A DNA stretch of 64,000 nucleotides from Balamuthia mandrillaris (lineage: Eukaryota). Shown here in pieces: positions 47,731 through 60,098 of this stretch (positions within the stretch are counted from its first letter, which is position 1; each line of letters begins with the position of its first letter). The translations under genes and the position numbers were made by a program. The notes below the pieces were generated by a model. The model was given only the letters and a program-made list of their open reading frames with translations, ran no database searches and had not been told where the DNA came from. Location: contig JAVKOQ020000022.1 in the NCBI GenBank assembly GCA_031835245.2, positions 62,001-126,000 of the forward strand, in the 5' to 3' direction.

Positions 47731-47748
47731 TGACTCATGACGTCATGA
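47731..47748. promoter_or_regulatory. Overlapping AP-1/Gcn4 (TGACTCA) and CRE (ATGACGTCAT) bZIP sites upstream of PSPH
   Basis: TGACTCATGACGTCATGA lies about 105-120 bp upstream of the ATG and contains a 14-bp perfect palindrome. Confidence 0.5.
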
Positions 47749-47879
47749 TAAATTCAAACATTCCTCGTCTGGAGGCGTTTCCCCAGCACCAGGTGGTGGT
47801 TTGTGGAGGAGGAGGAAGCAAGCGGAGTACGGTGGACAATAAAACAAGAAAAGAGACTTTACATAATAACGAAGGCTTT

Positions 47880-49709
47880 TTAGCTATGAAAAGCAGCGTT
47901 TAAAATACAGACAACAAGTTCTTTGGGAAGAAGACCCAAAAGGCAAGCTTTTTTGGAATGCAAGCCGTTAAACCGGTGGCTTTGGGTCTCCGTGTCGGCG
48001 CAGCGGTACCATGCTGCCCAAATAGTCATAGCCACAAGATAGATACGCCTTGTACGTTGAGACGTGGTCATATCAAATGGCATGCGCCCGCTGGCATCAC
48101 GTAGGTAAATACTTGCTCCACAGGCTACTAGTTGTTCCACTACGTCTATCTTATCATGCCTGCAAAAGCAAAATGTTCAGAGCAAAGCAACATCAGCAAT
48201 ATAACAGAGGCAATTACACTTACTTGCATGCCCAATGTAATGCCGTAGCTCTTCCATGCGCAAGGACTAGCCGCGTTTCTCTATCTCCGCGTTTCTCCCC
48301 AACGCCTTCTTTTTCTGCTTCTTGGGAGGAACATTGAATGGTCTGCCATTGTTCTCTGCGTAGACGAGCACGAACAGAAGGATTGCTGAGCATCAACTCC
48401 ACCACGTCCCAGTATCCTTCCCTGCATGCAAACTCCAACGGGGTTATCTTGCATTTCTGGCTTTGTTCTTCTGTTTCCACGATGCTCCATCTTTCGCCCT
48501 CTTCGTTCCACTTTCCATTCTCTTCTTCTGTTGCATCGTTACGGACCGCATCAGGTTCCTTTTTCTTTTCCTTCTTTTTGTATCCTTTCTTTGTTCCTCC
48601 GATGGTTTTGTTGTAAAGGCCAAAAATCTTGTCCATACCTTTGTACCCTCTTTCTGCCACGACGGTCGTTTTTTCTTTCTCCTTCTTTTCCTTCTCCTTT
48701 TCTTTCTTTTGTTGGTGCGAAGGACGCTTGTCTAACTGCTTTTCCACGCGTTGTGCACTGGCTACCAGCTCCTGAAGCACATGATGGATGCCGTTCCCGC
48801 TGCTGCTTCCGCCACCACCGCTGATGCCACTCCTTTGCTTGGGCAAAACCAACGCGCACTTTTGAATCTGCTCCGAGGAGAAGAAAGCCTCCTCCACGGA
48901 AGCTGCCGTGCGGGAGTCCTCCGACACCTGGTAGCACAGCAACAGCTTGAAGATAAGGCCCGAGCCACAACTAGCAGCACAGCGCAGGGCGCTGGTGGGC
49001 GCCAAAGGGTTCGGACACCGGGCGCCAGCTTCCAACAGTGCAAGAACAGTCTCAGCGTGGCGACGGGAACGGCGGTCAAAGCACTCTTGGCTGTAGCTGG
49101 TGCAGGCCCACAGCAGAGGTACCTTTGGGAAGCTCCCCTTGGGTCCGTAGTTGGGGTCGCACCCTTCCAGGCCCAACAGGTAGCTCACCACCTCCACCTG
49201 GGCGTACTTCGCGGCCAGCATGAAGCCCGTCTCTCCGTAGCCTGAGTTGCTGGTCCAAAGGTAGTGATGAGGATCCGCTTGCTCTGCTTTCTCTTGTTCC
49301 TCCTCTTCTTCTTTTGATTTGTCCTCTTGTTGGTTGGCCATGGTGCCGTTATTCCACCATTCTACCATCTCTTTCACTTTATCCAACATCCCTGTTGCCA
49401 GCAATAGGAAACGAATGGGTACACCTGCTCTACTCAAAAGAAAGAAAGGGAGAGAAGGAATGCAAGGCAAGGCAAGAGAAGGCAAGGCAAGAAGGAAAGA
49501 GAGGTGCAAGGCGTCTGACCATATTTACAAAAGACACGAAAGTTAGCGGCGTGCGCTTCATCGTCGTTAGGGAATTCATCTAGCTGCAATACTGGCCCAC
49601 CAATGCTCTCCCCCAGTTCATGTACTCGTTGCTGGCACTCCTCGTACTCTTCCGACGAGGGGAGGTACGGCGGTCGCCTGTGCTCTCCCTCTTCCTCTTC
49701 GCTTCCCAT
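47880..49709 (-). CDS. Ankyrin repeat protein
   Basis: 'GETGFMLAAKYAQVEVVSYLL', 'TPLEFACREGYWDVVELML', 'GRATALHWAC', 'GASIYLRDASGRMPFD'. Confidence 0.85.
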
Positions 49710-49822
49710 CTTTTTTCTTTTCTTTTTTTCTGTTCCGGCGATGAGGGATGACGTGTGATGGTGTCGACGTAAAGACTAGAAAGGTCTACCAACCAGCATG
49801 GAGTCAGATAGTATTCCACCCG

Positions 49823-50726
49823 TTGATTATGGCCAATGACAACATGGACAACAAGTAAGAATCAACTCAAGCTCTCAACAAAGAGAGTTTATAAGGAGAG
49901 AAATAATGCTTATAAACACACACACAGAAATAGACATTTTTACATTATTTTTCACCTTTCCTCTTTTTCATTAAATCTTGTTATTTGATTACTAATAAAG
50001 GACTTAGATGATGTGTTATTCTATGTTCTTTTTAACATCATATCTAAAACTTCTCCATTCATGTTATATACTGCTTTTTTATTTTGATTTCAATATTCAA
50101 CAACAAAATTATGACAAGCCTTGTAGATCTTTAATGTCTCTTTTTTCTGATTAAAATAATGTCCTTAATATGTTTATAAGGATTTGAATATACAATGCTA
50201 TTCTATGATGATGAAGAGCTGCTCCAAGTTCTTGCCATTTGTTGCAGAGTTAAAGGTTACAACTTGTTTTTTTGTTTAATCTATTAGTTAAAACTGTATA
50301 ATAATATGCTTATATTTCTTTGAGACACCAGTGTAATGAACTAATCAACAAACTAAACTATAGATGCATTAATCTAAAAGAAGACTGGTTTGTGTCTCTC
50401 TCAGGATATTGAGGGAATTACTCATTAAAATTATTGTTTATTTTAAAGTCTTGAACAGGAAGGAAAATAGATGAACTGGGATGGAAATGGCTGTTAACAG
50501 ATGGATGGTTGAAACTAACTTGCATGGTTGGTACTTCCTTTTGTTGTTCTGGATAAGAGTTTAAGAGGAAAGGAAAGTCTTTCAGGGCAGAGAAAGTTAT
50601 CTCTGTGATCTGATGAGGTCCTTCTTAGAGTAATGGTGGATGAAAGGAGTTCTGTCTGAAACAGGAAGAGCTTTCTCATCAATGGTAACCTCCATCATGG
50701 ATGTGATTTGTTAAGCTGTTTAAATG
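49823..50726 (-). mobile_element. Decayed AT-rich, CpG-free insertion; possible piggyBac-like transposase relic
   Basis: No CG dinucleotide found in about 900 bp and no ORF of 60 aa or more. The - strand from 50698 reads 'MMEVTIDEKALPVSDRTPFIHHY', resembling the piggyBac 'xIDE..vpfxGR' motif. Confidence 0.45.
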
Positions 50727-50883
50727 CGTTTGGTGTCAACCATAAGTGCAGAAGGGGTTGCTGCTCGTGCCGTTGTGGCTTCCATGAAACCGGATAACTA
50801 CTTTTTTTTTGAATTTTTAAATCATTTTTTTTGCTACAATTGAAAGGAAGGAAGACAGCCGTATGAAAGAAAAATTTCGATAC

Positions 50884-51390
50884 TCAGGAGATACTTTCTA
50901 TGTCGGCCTTGATGGCGTCCATCCATTCTGTCATGTATTCTTCCGAGTCCACTACCAGCAACAACTGGTGAAGAGAGAAGAGATAGAGAGAAAGAAGAGG
51001 GAGGGGAGAGAATGAGAGAAGGCGTCAGTTTGGTTTACACTTGGTAATGATGACAATGAGCTCCTCTGAAGCAGAGAATTTCCTTACCTTTCTGCCATCA
51101 GTGTGCACTGCAAACGAGAATTCAGAGCGACCCTCTTCTTTGTCACGATAAACCACCGCACCGCTGTTCAGTTGTACCATTCCTCTTGGCATTACATCCT
51201 TTTGAAAGGCAAGGATCAGAATGGTGATAGAAATCGATGAGAATGGCATGTACTTGAGGTGTGACATAATAGTAAAGCTTTGCATGGCACAAGATGAACC
51301 ACCGCACTCGCCACGATTGTACTTTGGCACCTCGCTAAATTGTAATCTAATTAGATGACAGCAGTACTCAAAACTGACCAAAAACCAAGA

Positions 51391-51429
<39 letters not shown>

Positions 51430-52990
51430 AGTGGGTCTTGGTGTACCTTCGTCATCCATCCCCTCATGCGCGCCTCTGCATGACTTGCTGCACATGTCCG
51501 CTATTCATTATACAGTATTTGGTTGGTGAGAGAGTGAGAGAGAGAACGAGAGAATAAGGAAAGTAAACGAAGAAAGGAAGATGGTACATGGCATAGCATA
51601 AGCGATTGCTTCAAATAACTGACTTGGAAAATGACGGATTCTTCTTGTAACCAAGGCTCTCCATCCACTTTGCAGGGCAATGGCAACTGTCCTGCTTTAT
51701 AATGGATTTGGATGTCCTTCCCCTGGGCTAACCGTACACCAGAGTCCATTCCCATCGCTGTTTGCGCCTTGGAAGAACAGAATAAGACGAAGAAAGATAA
51801 GAATAAAGAAAATGGAAGAGAGGAAAAGAGAGACCCCAGAATAAAAGGAAGAGAAATTTTGATACGAACCATATGAATGACATTCCGAATGCCAATAACT
51901 TCTAAGACACCGTCACTCATCGAGACAACGCTATACTTCTACAGAATTTCATATTAACAAACGTTACAAAACAGGTAAGATGGGCCGCGACATACAGCAT
52001 CCCAACGCGTGCCCCAAAGGTTCATGCCACCCGCGTAACTTGGTAAGTTCAACACCACTACTCCTTGGATGGATTCTGGAATGACCACCTTCTGTCCATC
52101 TACCTGAAGCAGGTTTTATTCACATGAGAGAAAGAGAGCTAAAGAGGAAGGGAGGGAGAGAAAGGGAGGAGAGACGAGATAACGCGTACCGTGATTTCTA
52201 CAGCATCATTCATCAATGGTGGATCTATAAACAAACACAAGGCAAAAACCAAATGAACATAAAGGCATAACACTAACAAGAAACTGGAAAAGAAAAGAAC
52301 GAATAGAGCTGGCAATTACCTTTTTGGAAAGCATCTTGCAGTGCGTTACGCAGACCGTAAGAAGCATACCATAACTTGTTGATGCCCCTGTTGATGAAAA
52401 GGTGTGGTTTCTTCTCTCGGGTATTGTGAAAGTCCAACGCGACTTTTGCATCCGCAAAACCAAGGCTCAGATAGTTGTTCATGCTATGTACAGCAACTTC
52501 TGAAGGTTCGTCGCCATCGCTTGATGGCTTCTGCAATTGCACTCGCCATCGATCTAATGGGACCTCTTTGGCTTGCATTACTTCCTGCATCATAACGGAA
52601 AGAGGAGAAAGAAGAGAGATAAGAGAAGCAAAGAACAGAGAAGCAGAAAAGCAGTGAAGTTGAAGAGATATCAACCGCTATGATGGGCTGCAGAGGAGAA
52701 CCAAAGGTATAGCCCCCGCCCCAACCGAGCACTCGTCCTATGTCGTTCCCTGTGCCCAGCGGCAGCATGGCCACCGTCACCTTCGTTTGGCCCAGCGCCA
52801 TGTTATCCATTGTCTGCACAACCACGACATAGCGTTAAGCGAAGCTAACATTTTTTTTAAAAAAAAAGTGAGGAGGTGGAGGAAAAGATATAAACGGAAC
52901 TTCGAGGACCCATTTGCCGGTGCCGTCACCACCGCAGGCCAGTATCCTTATGTTCGTGGCGCCATGTTTCATGTGCTGCAGTATGCTGTG

Positions 52991-53037
<47 letters not shown>

Positions 53038-53383
53038 GAGAAGAAGAAGGGCAAGAAGCAAGAAAGATGGATAAAGGCCGAAAAAAAAACAAACCCATTA
53101 CGAGGACCTCCTTCCGCGACGATGTCAAAGACTTGGCTCGCCGGTAAAAGAGCCTTTTTGTTGTACGTGTGAGGGGAAAAAAACTAACTACAAAGAAAGA
53201 GAGCGACAGTGCGCATACTTGAAACTTGGGAAGAAGGTAGGCGCCCTGTTGGCCACCGCTTTTGCTGTTGACAAAGATGAGGAGCCGCGGCTGCTCCTGT
53301 TGTTGGAGAAGGATCTCGTTGCTGCTCGGGAGCAGCACAAAGGATCCTTCTTTCTCCTTCTGTTTCTCTTTGGGTTGTTGCAT
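50884..53383 (-). CDS. Diacylglycerol kinase with C-terminal PH domain; 5' end uncertain
   Basis: 'FVNSKSGGQQG', 'ACGGDGT', 'LPLGTGNDIGRVLGWG', 'MNNYLSLG', 'KVDGEPW'. The spliced PH domain reads 'MRGWMTK|RGAKVQSWRVRWFIL...LYYY...EWMDAI'. Confidence 0.92.
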
Positions 53384-53943
53384 GTGTTCTTGAGCTTCCA
53401 CGAAACAGAAGAAGAAGAAGAAGAAAAGCAAAAAAAAAAACAGAAAAAGAAAAACAGAGAAAGAGTTTCGTGGGCGAAGGAGCAAAGGCCACGACCTCCT
53501 CTTCGTTGTCGTTTGCTTTGATTCAGCTTTCTTGGTTTAATATAGTTGGGTGGAAACGGAAGAGACGCAAAAAATGTCCATTACATTCTGGTATTTCGGC
53601 AGCTTTCCCCGCTGGACAGTTTTGGAGAAAGGAGAAGCACTGTTGTCTGCCCTGGCAGTATCCAAAAACGATGCCAAGATATAAGGTTAGGGTTAGCGTT
53701 TCGGTGACCTTTTTTCGCCTCCCTGCCGCAACGCTTCTTCTTTCGTGAATCGTCGCGGTAGATTTCTTATATTTTGCAGAGGAAACTCTCTCTCCCTCGC
53801 TGCGCCTCGCGTTGGGACGGCAACAGGCTCCAACGCTGCGAGGCGTCGTCGTTGCTGGGTAGCAGCTCTTTTCGCTCTTTCTCTCTTGTTACGCAGGAGA
53901 GAAGAAAAGGAGAGAGAACAAGAGAGAACAAACGAAGAAGAAG

Positions 53944-56900
53944 ATGCAACCAACTATAACCGATGAAGCGCTCTGGCTTGGTATGGCACAGGATGAGGCC
54001 CCTGACACCTTCTCCTCTGCTTCTTTCATGACCGCGAGGCCCACCTTCAAAAAGACCGACAATTTCCCTCCTCCTGTGTCCTCCTCTCCGCCGAACAACA
54101 ATTACAACGTCCGAAAGGAAAAGGTCCAAAACTTCCTGAACAAGATGAGCCACAATAAATTGGGAAGCAAGCACCAGCAGCAGCAGCACCCGCCTGAGAA
54201 GGAGAAGAAAAACAAAAAGGAGGGGAAGAAAGAGAAGAAAGAGCGGAAAGAGAAAGAAAAAGCTGGACAAAGGTTCGTTGATTGAATAATCCTTCTCTTC
54301 CCTTTGGTAGTCTTCTCATTCCTCTTTCTTACATAGCGCGCTCGCAAAGAAAGACGTCCTCAAAGGTACTCTCTGCTCTCTGCTCTCTGCTCTTTCCTCT
54401 GTGCTCTCTCCTCTCCCCTCTGCCATCGTGTTAAACAAAAAAAAAACAAACAACAATTATAGGAACAAAAGTCCTGCCCCCAACCCCAGGAAGCTTCAAT
54501 GCTCTGGATGTGGCGGACTCATGCCGGCGGCACATCAACAATAATAACCCAAGGCAGCTGCCGCGCAGCTCTCCTAGACAATACCAAAGGTTCGGAGAGC
54601 AACAGCAAATAGAGCAATCAAACGGCATCGGACCAAACCTTACTTTGTTGAAGAAGCAAGGCGGCTTTCCTGGAAGCAGCGGCTGCCAAACGGCAGAAGA
54701 AGGCGCATCGGTCTGCTTCGAGTCGGCTCCCCATTCGCTTCCTGTATTCGCCTCTTCCTTTCCGGAGGTCAGAACGCGCCTGTCACGATCCAGATCCCAT
54801 GAGCGCTTTGAAGGTGTAGGCGGAGAAGGAGGAGGGGCAGGAGGAAGCAACACCATCGCTCGTCCTCTACCACAACCACCGCCGCGAAAGGCATCGGTCC
54901 ATTCCAGTCTCAGAGGGAAGGTCAAGATAGAGCGGCAGCCATCGCTAACGCGGACACCGGCAGCTAGTGACAAGAAGATCGGTCAGCTCTGGAAGGACCT
55001 TACGGCCACTCCAGACGCTGTGGTATGTGGAATCTGGTGCCTGCCTTTCATGGCACCTTTGTTGTCGTCATTATCGTGTCGTTATCGTTCCTGACGGTGC
55101 AAACAAAACAGCATACACTAGGTGCGGGCTACTGCTTCCAAATGCTGAATAATGTGTTGAAGGTGATGGGGCTCGGGGACAGCGAGGTAAGAGAAGTGGA
55201 GGACATGGTGATGCGATACACCATCGTCACTCGGCGCAGGAAGACAGAGCATGGTCATCTTGTTCCTCCCTCGTTGGAGAGTTGTTTGGTATTATGCAGC
55301 TCTTTGCTGTACTCCGCTCTGTTTTTTCTTTCTGATAGAGAGTCTCTCACTCAATTTCTTTCCTTCATGTGCAGCGAGGTATTACGAAGAACGTGAATGA
55401 ATGCTTGGAACTACAGGCCACCATAGATAAGGTCGTAAAAGCGCAGGCCTTTGTTCGTGGCTATCTGGCTCGCAAGAGGTTCAAACATCTTTGTAAGTCT
55501 TTTCTCTTTCTGTCTTATTTTTTTCTTTTTTTTTTTTTTTTTTGTTTGAAACGAATGACTAACACAAACATTAAAACAAAAAAGATGTTACCTTCATTAA
55601 TACGCCACTGCAAAAACGAAACGAGTGCTTCCGTGAAATACTGAAGAGGGAGCGGACCTATCTTAAGCATCTTAAGGCGCTCGTTTATGGCTATATGATG
55701 CCGTTGCGGGAGCAAAGCAAAGGAGTGAGAGCGCTTTGCAGCGAGAAGGACATCACCAGCATCTTTGGCAATCTTGAAGCCCTTCTTACTGTCCATCTGG
55801 AAGTGTACCGTCAGTTAATGCGCGTACAAGAAAAGTGGCCCGAAGTAGATTACGTTGGCGAAGTGTTCCTTACTATGGTTCTCTCTCTGTCTCTCAGTTC
55901 TCTCTCTTCGTTATGGGAATCAAACACTTACTAGTTTAAACATCAATGCAGGCCCCATTCTTCAAGGCTTATGGAGAGTATATCAATAACTTTCAAACAG
56001 GCATTGCCACTCTGCTTGAGTTTCAACAAAACAAACGCTTCACCAGTTTAGTAAATGAGGTTCGTAAGAAGCAGAAGAGGAAAAACAACGTGACAAATTT
56101 TACCTTGCGCTGACTGACATTCCTCTTTGTTGTGCAGATATATGACCGTCTAAAAGCAAAGCAGATATATGTGGATCTTCACAGCCTACTCACCACTCCG
56201 TTGAACCACATCAGCGGCTACGAGGGACAGATCCTCAACCTGCTGAACAACACGCCCGAGTCTCATAAGGACTATAGCTCCTTGTTCCACTGTCACACCA
56301 TTATATCCTCTACCGCAGAGTACATTCGCGAGTCTTTGGCTACCCACAATAATCAAATGCAACTGCAAGCCATCCAAGATAAGCTAGTTAAGGTTCGTTT
56401 CTTCGGAAGCAAACAAAACAACAAACAAGCAAGAAAACAAAAAACAAAAAAGAATGAACGGAAACTAATGTTACGTACATCTGTCTTTGATTCTGTCATT
56501 GGTGGTCAATAGGACGCTTTTCCTGGGTTGGTGCAAGATCCAAAACGAGTGTTTGTGAGAGAGGGTTCTTGTCTTCTTGCCATCAACAAAAATAAGAAGA
56601 AGAAAGCACACCTCTTTGCCTGCAACGACGTGCTGTTGATTGCTGCTCCTTCCAAGACTGGCTTCAAACTCAAAGAGCGTATTATATGGCTGAAGGGCGC
56701 CAGGGTTGCTAACATCGAAGAACCTCTGTTCGAAGGTTGATTGAGCTTTCTGTTTCTGTTCTCTTCTTCTTATGCTTTCTTAGTCTGCTCCTGGTTGTTG
56801 CTAACATCATCGAAAGGATCCATGAGGCTCTACGCGCTGGCCATCGGTGGAGAGAGGAGTAACTTCACGTTGATGTTCACCGAGAGAGCGGATAAGCAGC

Positions 56901-57798
56901 TTTGGTTTGAAGAGCTGAAGAGGCTAATCGGCCTGTACCAAAAGAATCGAGTCTTTGGCGTGCCGCTGAAGCAACTGCTCGAAAACGATCCAAAAGCAGG
57001 TCGGCACGTGCCTCACATTCTCGAAAGGCTTGTTGAGCATCTGGAGACAAGAAAAAGTAAGTATCAAAACAGAAACACAACACTACTCTCTTGGTGCTCT
57101 CTTCTTGGTTGTGCTAATCATCGCTGTTTGTGTTCATGTTTTGTTTGTGTGTTCGTTATTGTTTGGGGAAGTCACGGAGTTGGAAGGTATATTTAGGGTT
57201 TCTGGAAACATAGCAAGCATTGCCTTCCTCAAAGATTCATTTGACAAAGCGGGTAGATATTTGCACAATATCCATGTTCACTCTTCTCTTTGCTTCATTG
57301 CTCACACTTAGTTGCATTCCTGGAAAAAAAGGAGTTGGAATGAATCCAGATGTAAACTTAGGGCTACACTCACCACATGACATCTCAGGCTTGTTGAAAA
57401 TGTTCTTCCGAGAAATGCCAGAACCGCTGCTCACATTCACTCTGTATGAGCCCATCGTGAAGTTAGCCTCCAAACACGCTGAAGCTAAGAACAACTCCAA
57501 CAAAACCGAAGGAGAAGAAAGGAGGAAGGAAAAAGAAACCTTTCTCCAGGAGATCAACGAGCTGTTGGCCATGCTTCCACCAGAGCACAAGGAGGTGCTC
57601 AAGTACCTTCTGGGATTCTTACACAGGATGGCACAGTCGAGCAGCGTCAGCAAGATGAACACGGATAACCTCAGCATTGTGTTCTCGCCAAACGTGTGTC
57701 GTCCTGCCCGAGAGACCATTGAGTACTCACTCGAACTATCGAAAGTCAATCGTACGTTTGGCTTCATGATTGATCATCATGACCAACTTAACTTGTAG
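53944..57798 (+). CDS. IQ - RhoGEF (DH) - PH - RhoGAP protein
   Basis: IQ 'AQAFVRGYLARKRF'; DH 'RNECFREILKRERTYL...IFGNLEALL'; PH 'RVFVREG...HLFACND'; GAP 'VFGVPL...EGIFRVSG...LLKMFFREMPEPL...KMNTDNLSIVFSPN'. Confidence 0.92.
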
Positions 57799-57867
57799 AG
57801 AATAGAAGAAGATGTTTGATGTAGTGTCGATGAAACGATATTTTTTTTTGTTGTTGAAGAAAAACTT

Positions 57868-58385
57868 TCAATCTCTTTCTCGTCGTGTAACTCCTTTCAA
57901 GCTTAACCGAACCGACTTTCGTGCAGCCACAACTGGAACAACCTTCTTTTGACTTTCCGTCTGCTGTTTCTTGTCGTCATTGTTGCTGCTTGTGCTTGTA
58001 TTGAGCGGTGTAGAAGGCGGCGAGGCGGAATCTGTCTTTTTTCTCTTTGCTATCCGTACTTTCTTTCCTTCGTTGCTTTCTTCTATTATTGTAGTCGTAG
58101 TTTCGTTGGCTGATAGAGACGATCTAGACTTTTTCCGAGGTGGTTCTGTATCGTCTTCAACATGCTTTTCATTCTGTTCTTTGTTGGCTTTACCGCTGCT
58201 ACGGTCACCGCTGTGGCGTCGTTTCCGCTTTTTGCCGGAATGTTTTCTTCTCTTATCCTTCTTCCTCTTCTTCTTCTTCTTTTTGTTGTCAGACTGCTGT
58301 GTTGACGACGAAGATAGTTCGGTTATAGGCTGTATTGGTTCTCGTTCCTTTGCGCACTGCACACAAAACCACCCACCTGTTTTTT

Positions 58386-58426
<41 letters not shown>

Positions 58427-59035
58427 CAAGCATGAATAAGAGAAAGAGCAGAGAAAAAGCAGAGAGAGAGAGAGAGAGAGAGAGAGTAAAAACCTTCAGG
58501 CAATTCTTTCAGAGGTGGATGAAGACAAAACGTATGAAAACCACGGTCGCAGGCATCACAGAAGAGGAGATATTCCTCCTTTCCCGAGTCATTACACACC
58601 TCGCACGTCTTACAGTGCATGCACCGCCAGCCGTAGGAACTCATCTTTGGGGCAAGGTCCGGCGCCAACTCCAAGCACTCTGGATGGTAGGCGTCCTTAC
58701 ATTCCACGCATTTGAGGATGATGAGGGACACTGAAGAGTCGTTTGTTGTTGAAGAGGAAGAGGAGCTTTCTTTTGATTGTTGATGTTGCTCGGAAAAGAG
58801 TTTGTTGCAGATGGAACAAAAAGTACCAACAGCTGGTTTGTTTCTTCTACTTCTTCCTCCTCCTCCTCCCCCAGTTGCTTTGTTGATGAAGTTGGTGAAG
58901 CCGTTGTTATTTTGTTGTATTTCCACCGTTTCTTCTGTTTGGGTACGCGTGTCACTTTCAAGCATGAGAAGCGGAGAACGAGAGCGGAACGATATATGGA
59001 GGACTACAAGGAGAACAGAGAAAAGCTAGAGTGGC

Positions 59036-59085
<50 letters not shown>

Positions 59086-59768
59086 GGAGAGATGCACAAA
59101 CCCGTTTGTAGAGCAAAGTTGGCACGCAGGGCAGCCAGTTGAGAGGAAGATAAGGTGTCCAGGTACCTCAGCAGCAGCTCGTGAGGGCGGGCGTCCGGTA
59201 TGTAAGTGAGCGGCCGGCGATCGTAGAGGTGAAAGGTGTTGGTGTGAGGGTCCCAGTAGCTCGCCCCTCGCAGGTGTCTCTCCGCCAGCAGGTTCGAGTT
59301 GAAATCGGCAGCCAGCTTTGCGGCCCTCTCTAGCGCGCTTTGATGGCTTGCTGCTTGTGCTTGTTCTTCTCCCACTGCTTTGTCTTTCAGTGTATCCTCC
59401 TGGTTTGTTTCTTCCTCTTCCTCCTCCTCTTCTTCTTCTTCTTCTTCTTCCTCCTCCTCCTCCTCTTCCACCTCTTCTTCCTCCTCTTCCCCTTCCACTA
59501 CCCGTTGCTGTGGTGGCGACGGAATCGGTTTCGCAAACGACGACGACAGAAAGCCCTCTTCCTCCTCCTCCTCTTCGGTGGTGACACCAGTGTCCTCTTC
59601 TTCGTGGCCCTCGATGCCCATGAGATCATGCCCTCTGCCACCCCCATCCCCACCCCTACCCCTCACGCGGAGGGCAGCGGCAGCAGCAGCGGTAGTCTCC
59701 CGTGCCTCCTCCTCCTCCCGCCCTTCCCTCTCCATTTTTTCGTTCTTTTTTTTTGCATTTGTCGACAT
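57868..59768 (-). CDS. Tandem PHD finger protein, PHF10/BAF45a-like
   Basis: 'AAKLAADFNSNLLAER...YWDPHT' resembles the PHF10/SAYP conserved motif. Double PHD reads 'CSIC...CVECKDAYHPEC...WRCMHCKTCEVC...LLFCDACDRGFHTFC'. Start is 59768 or 59735. Confidence 0.8.
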
Positions 59769-60098
59769 TTATAATCCTTTCGCCGCCAGCTTCAACACGG
59801 CTTGGCCAGCATTTGTGCACCATTTTTACCCGGAAAAATAAAGCTCCCGCAAACTCCTCAGGCGCCGGAAAATTGTGTAGCACAAAAAAGAAAGTAGCGA
59901 AAGATAGGAAGAGAAGGCAGGGAGAGGAGGAAGGGACTTCGAAGCGAGAGAACTTTTCACTTCGAAGCGAAGCTCTAGTATTATTTATTTATTCGGGGTG
60001 CAAAAGGTTTGTATCCTTTTCGTTTGCTTGTACTCCCGCGCGGAGTCTAATTAGGCGTACCTTTTTTTTTTAAAGGAAAATAAAATAAAGATAAAACG

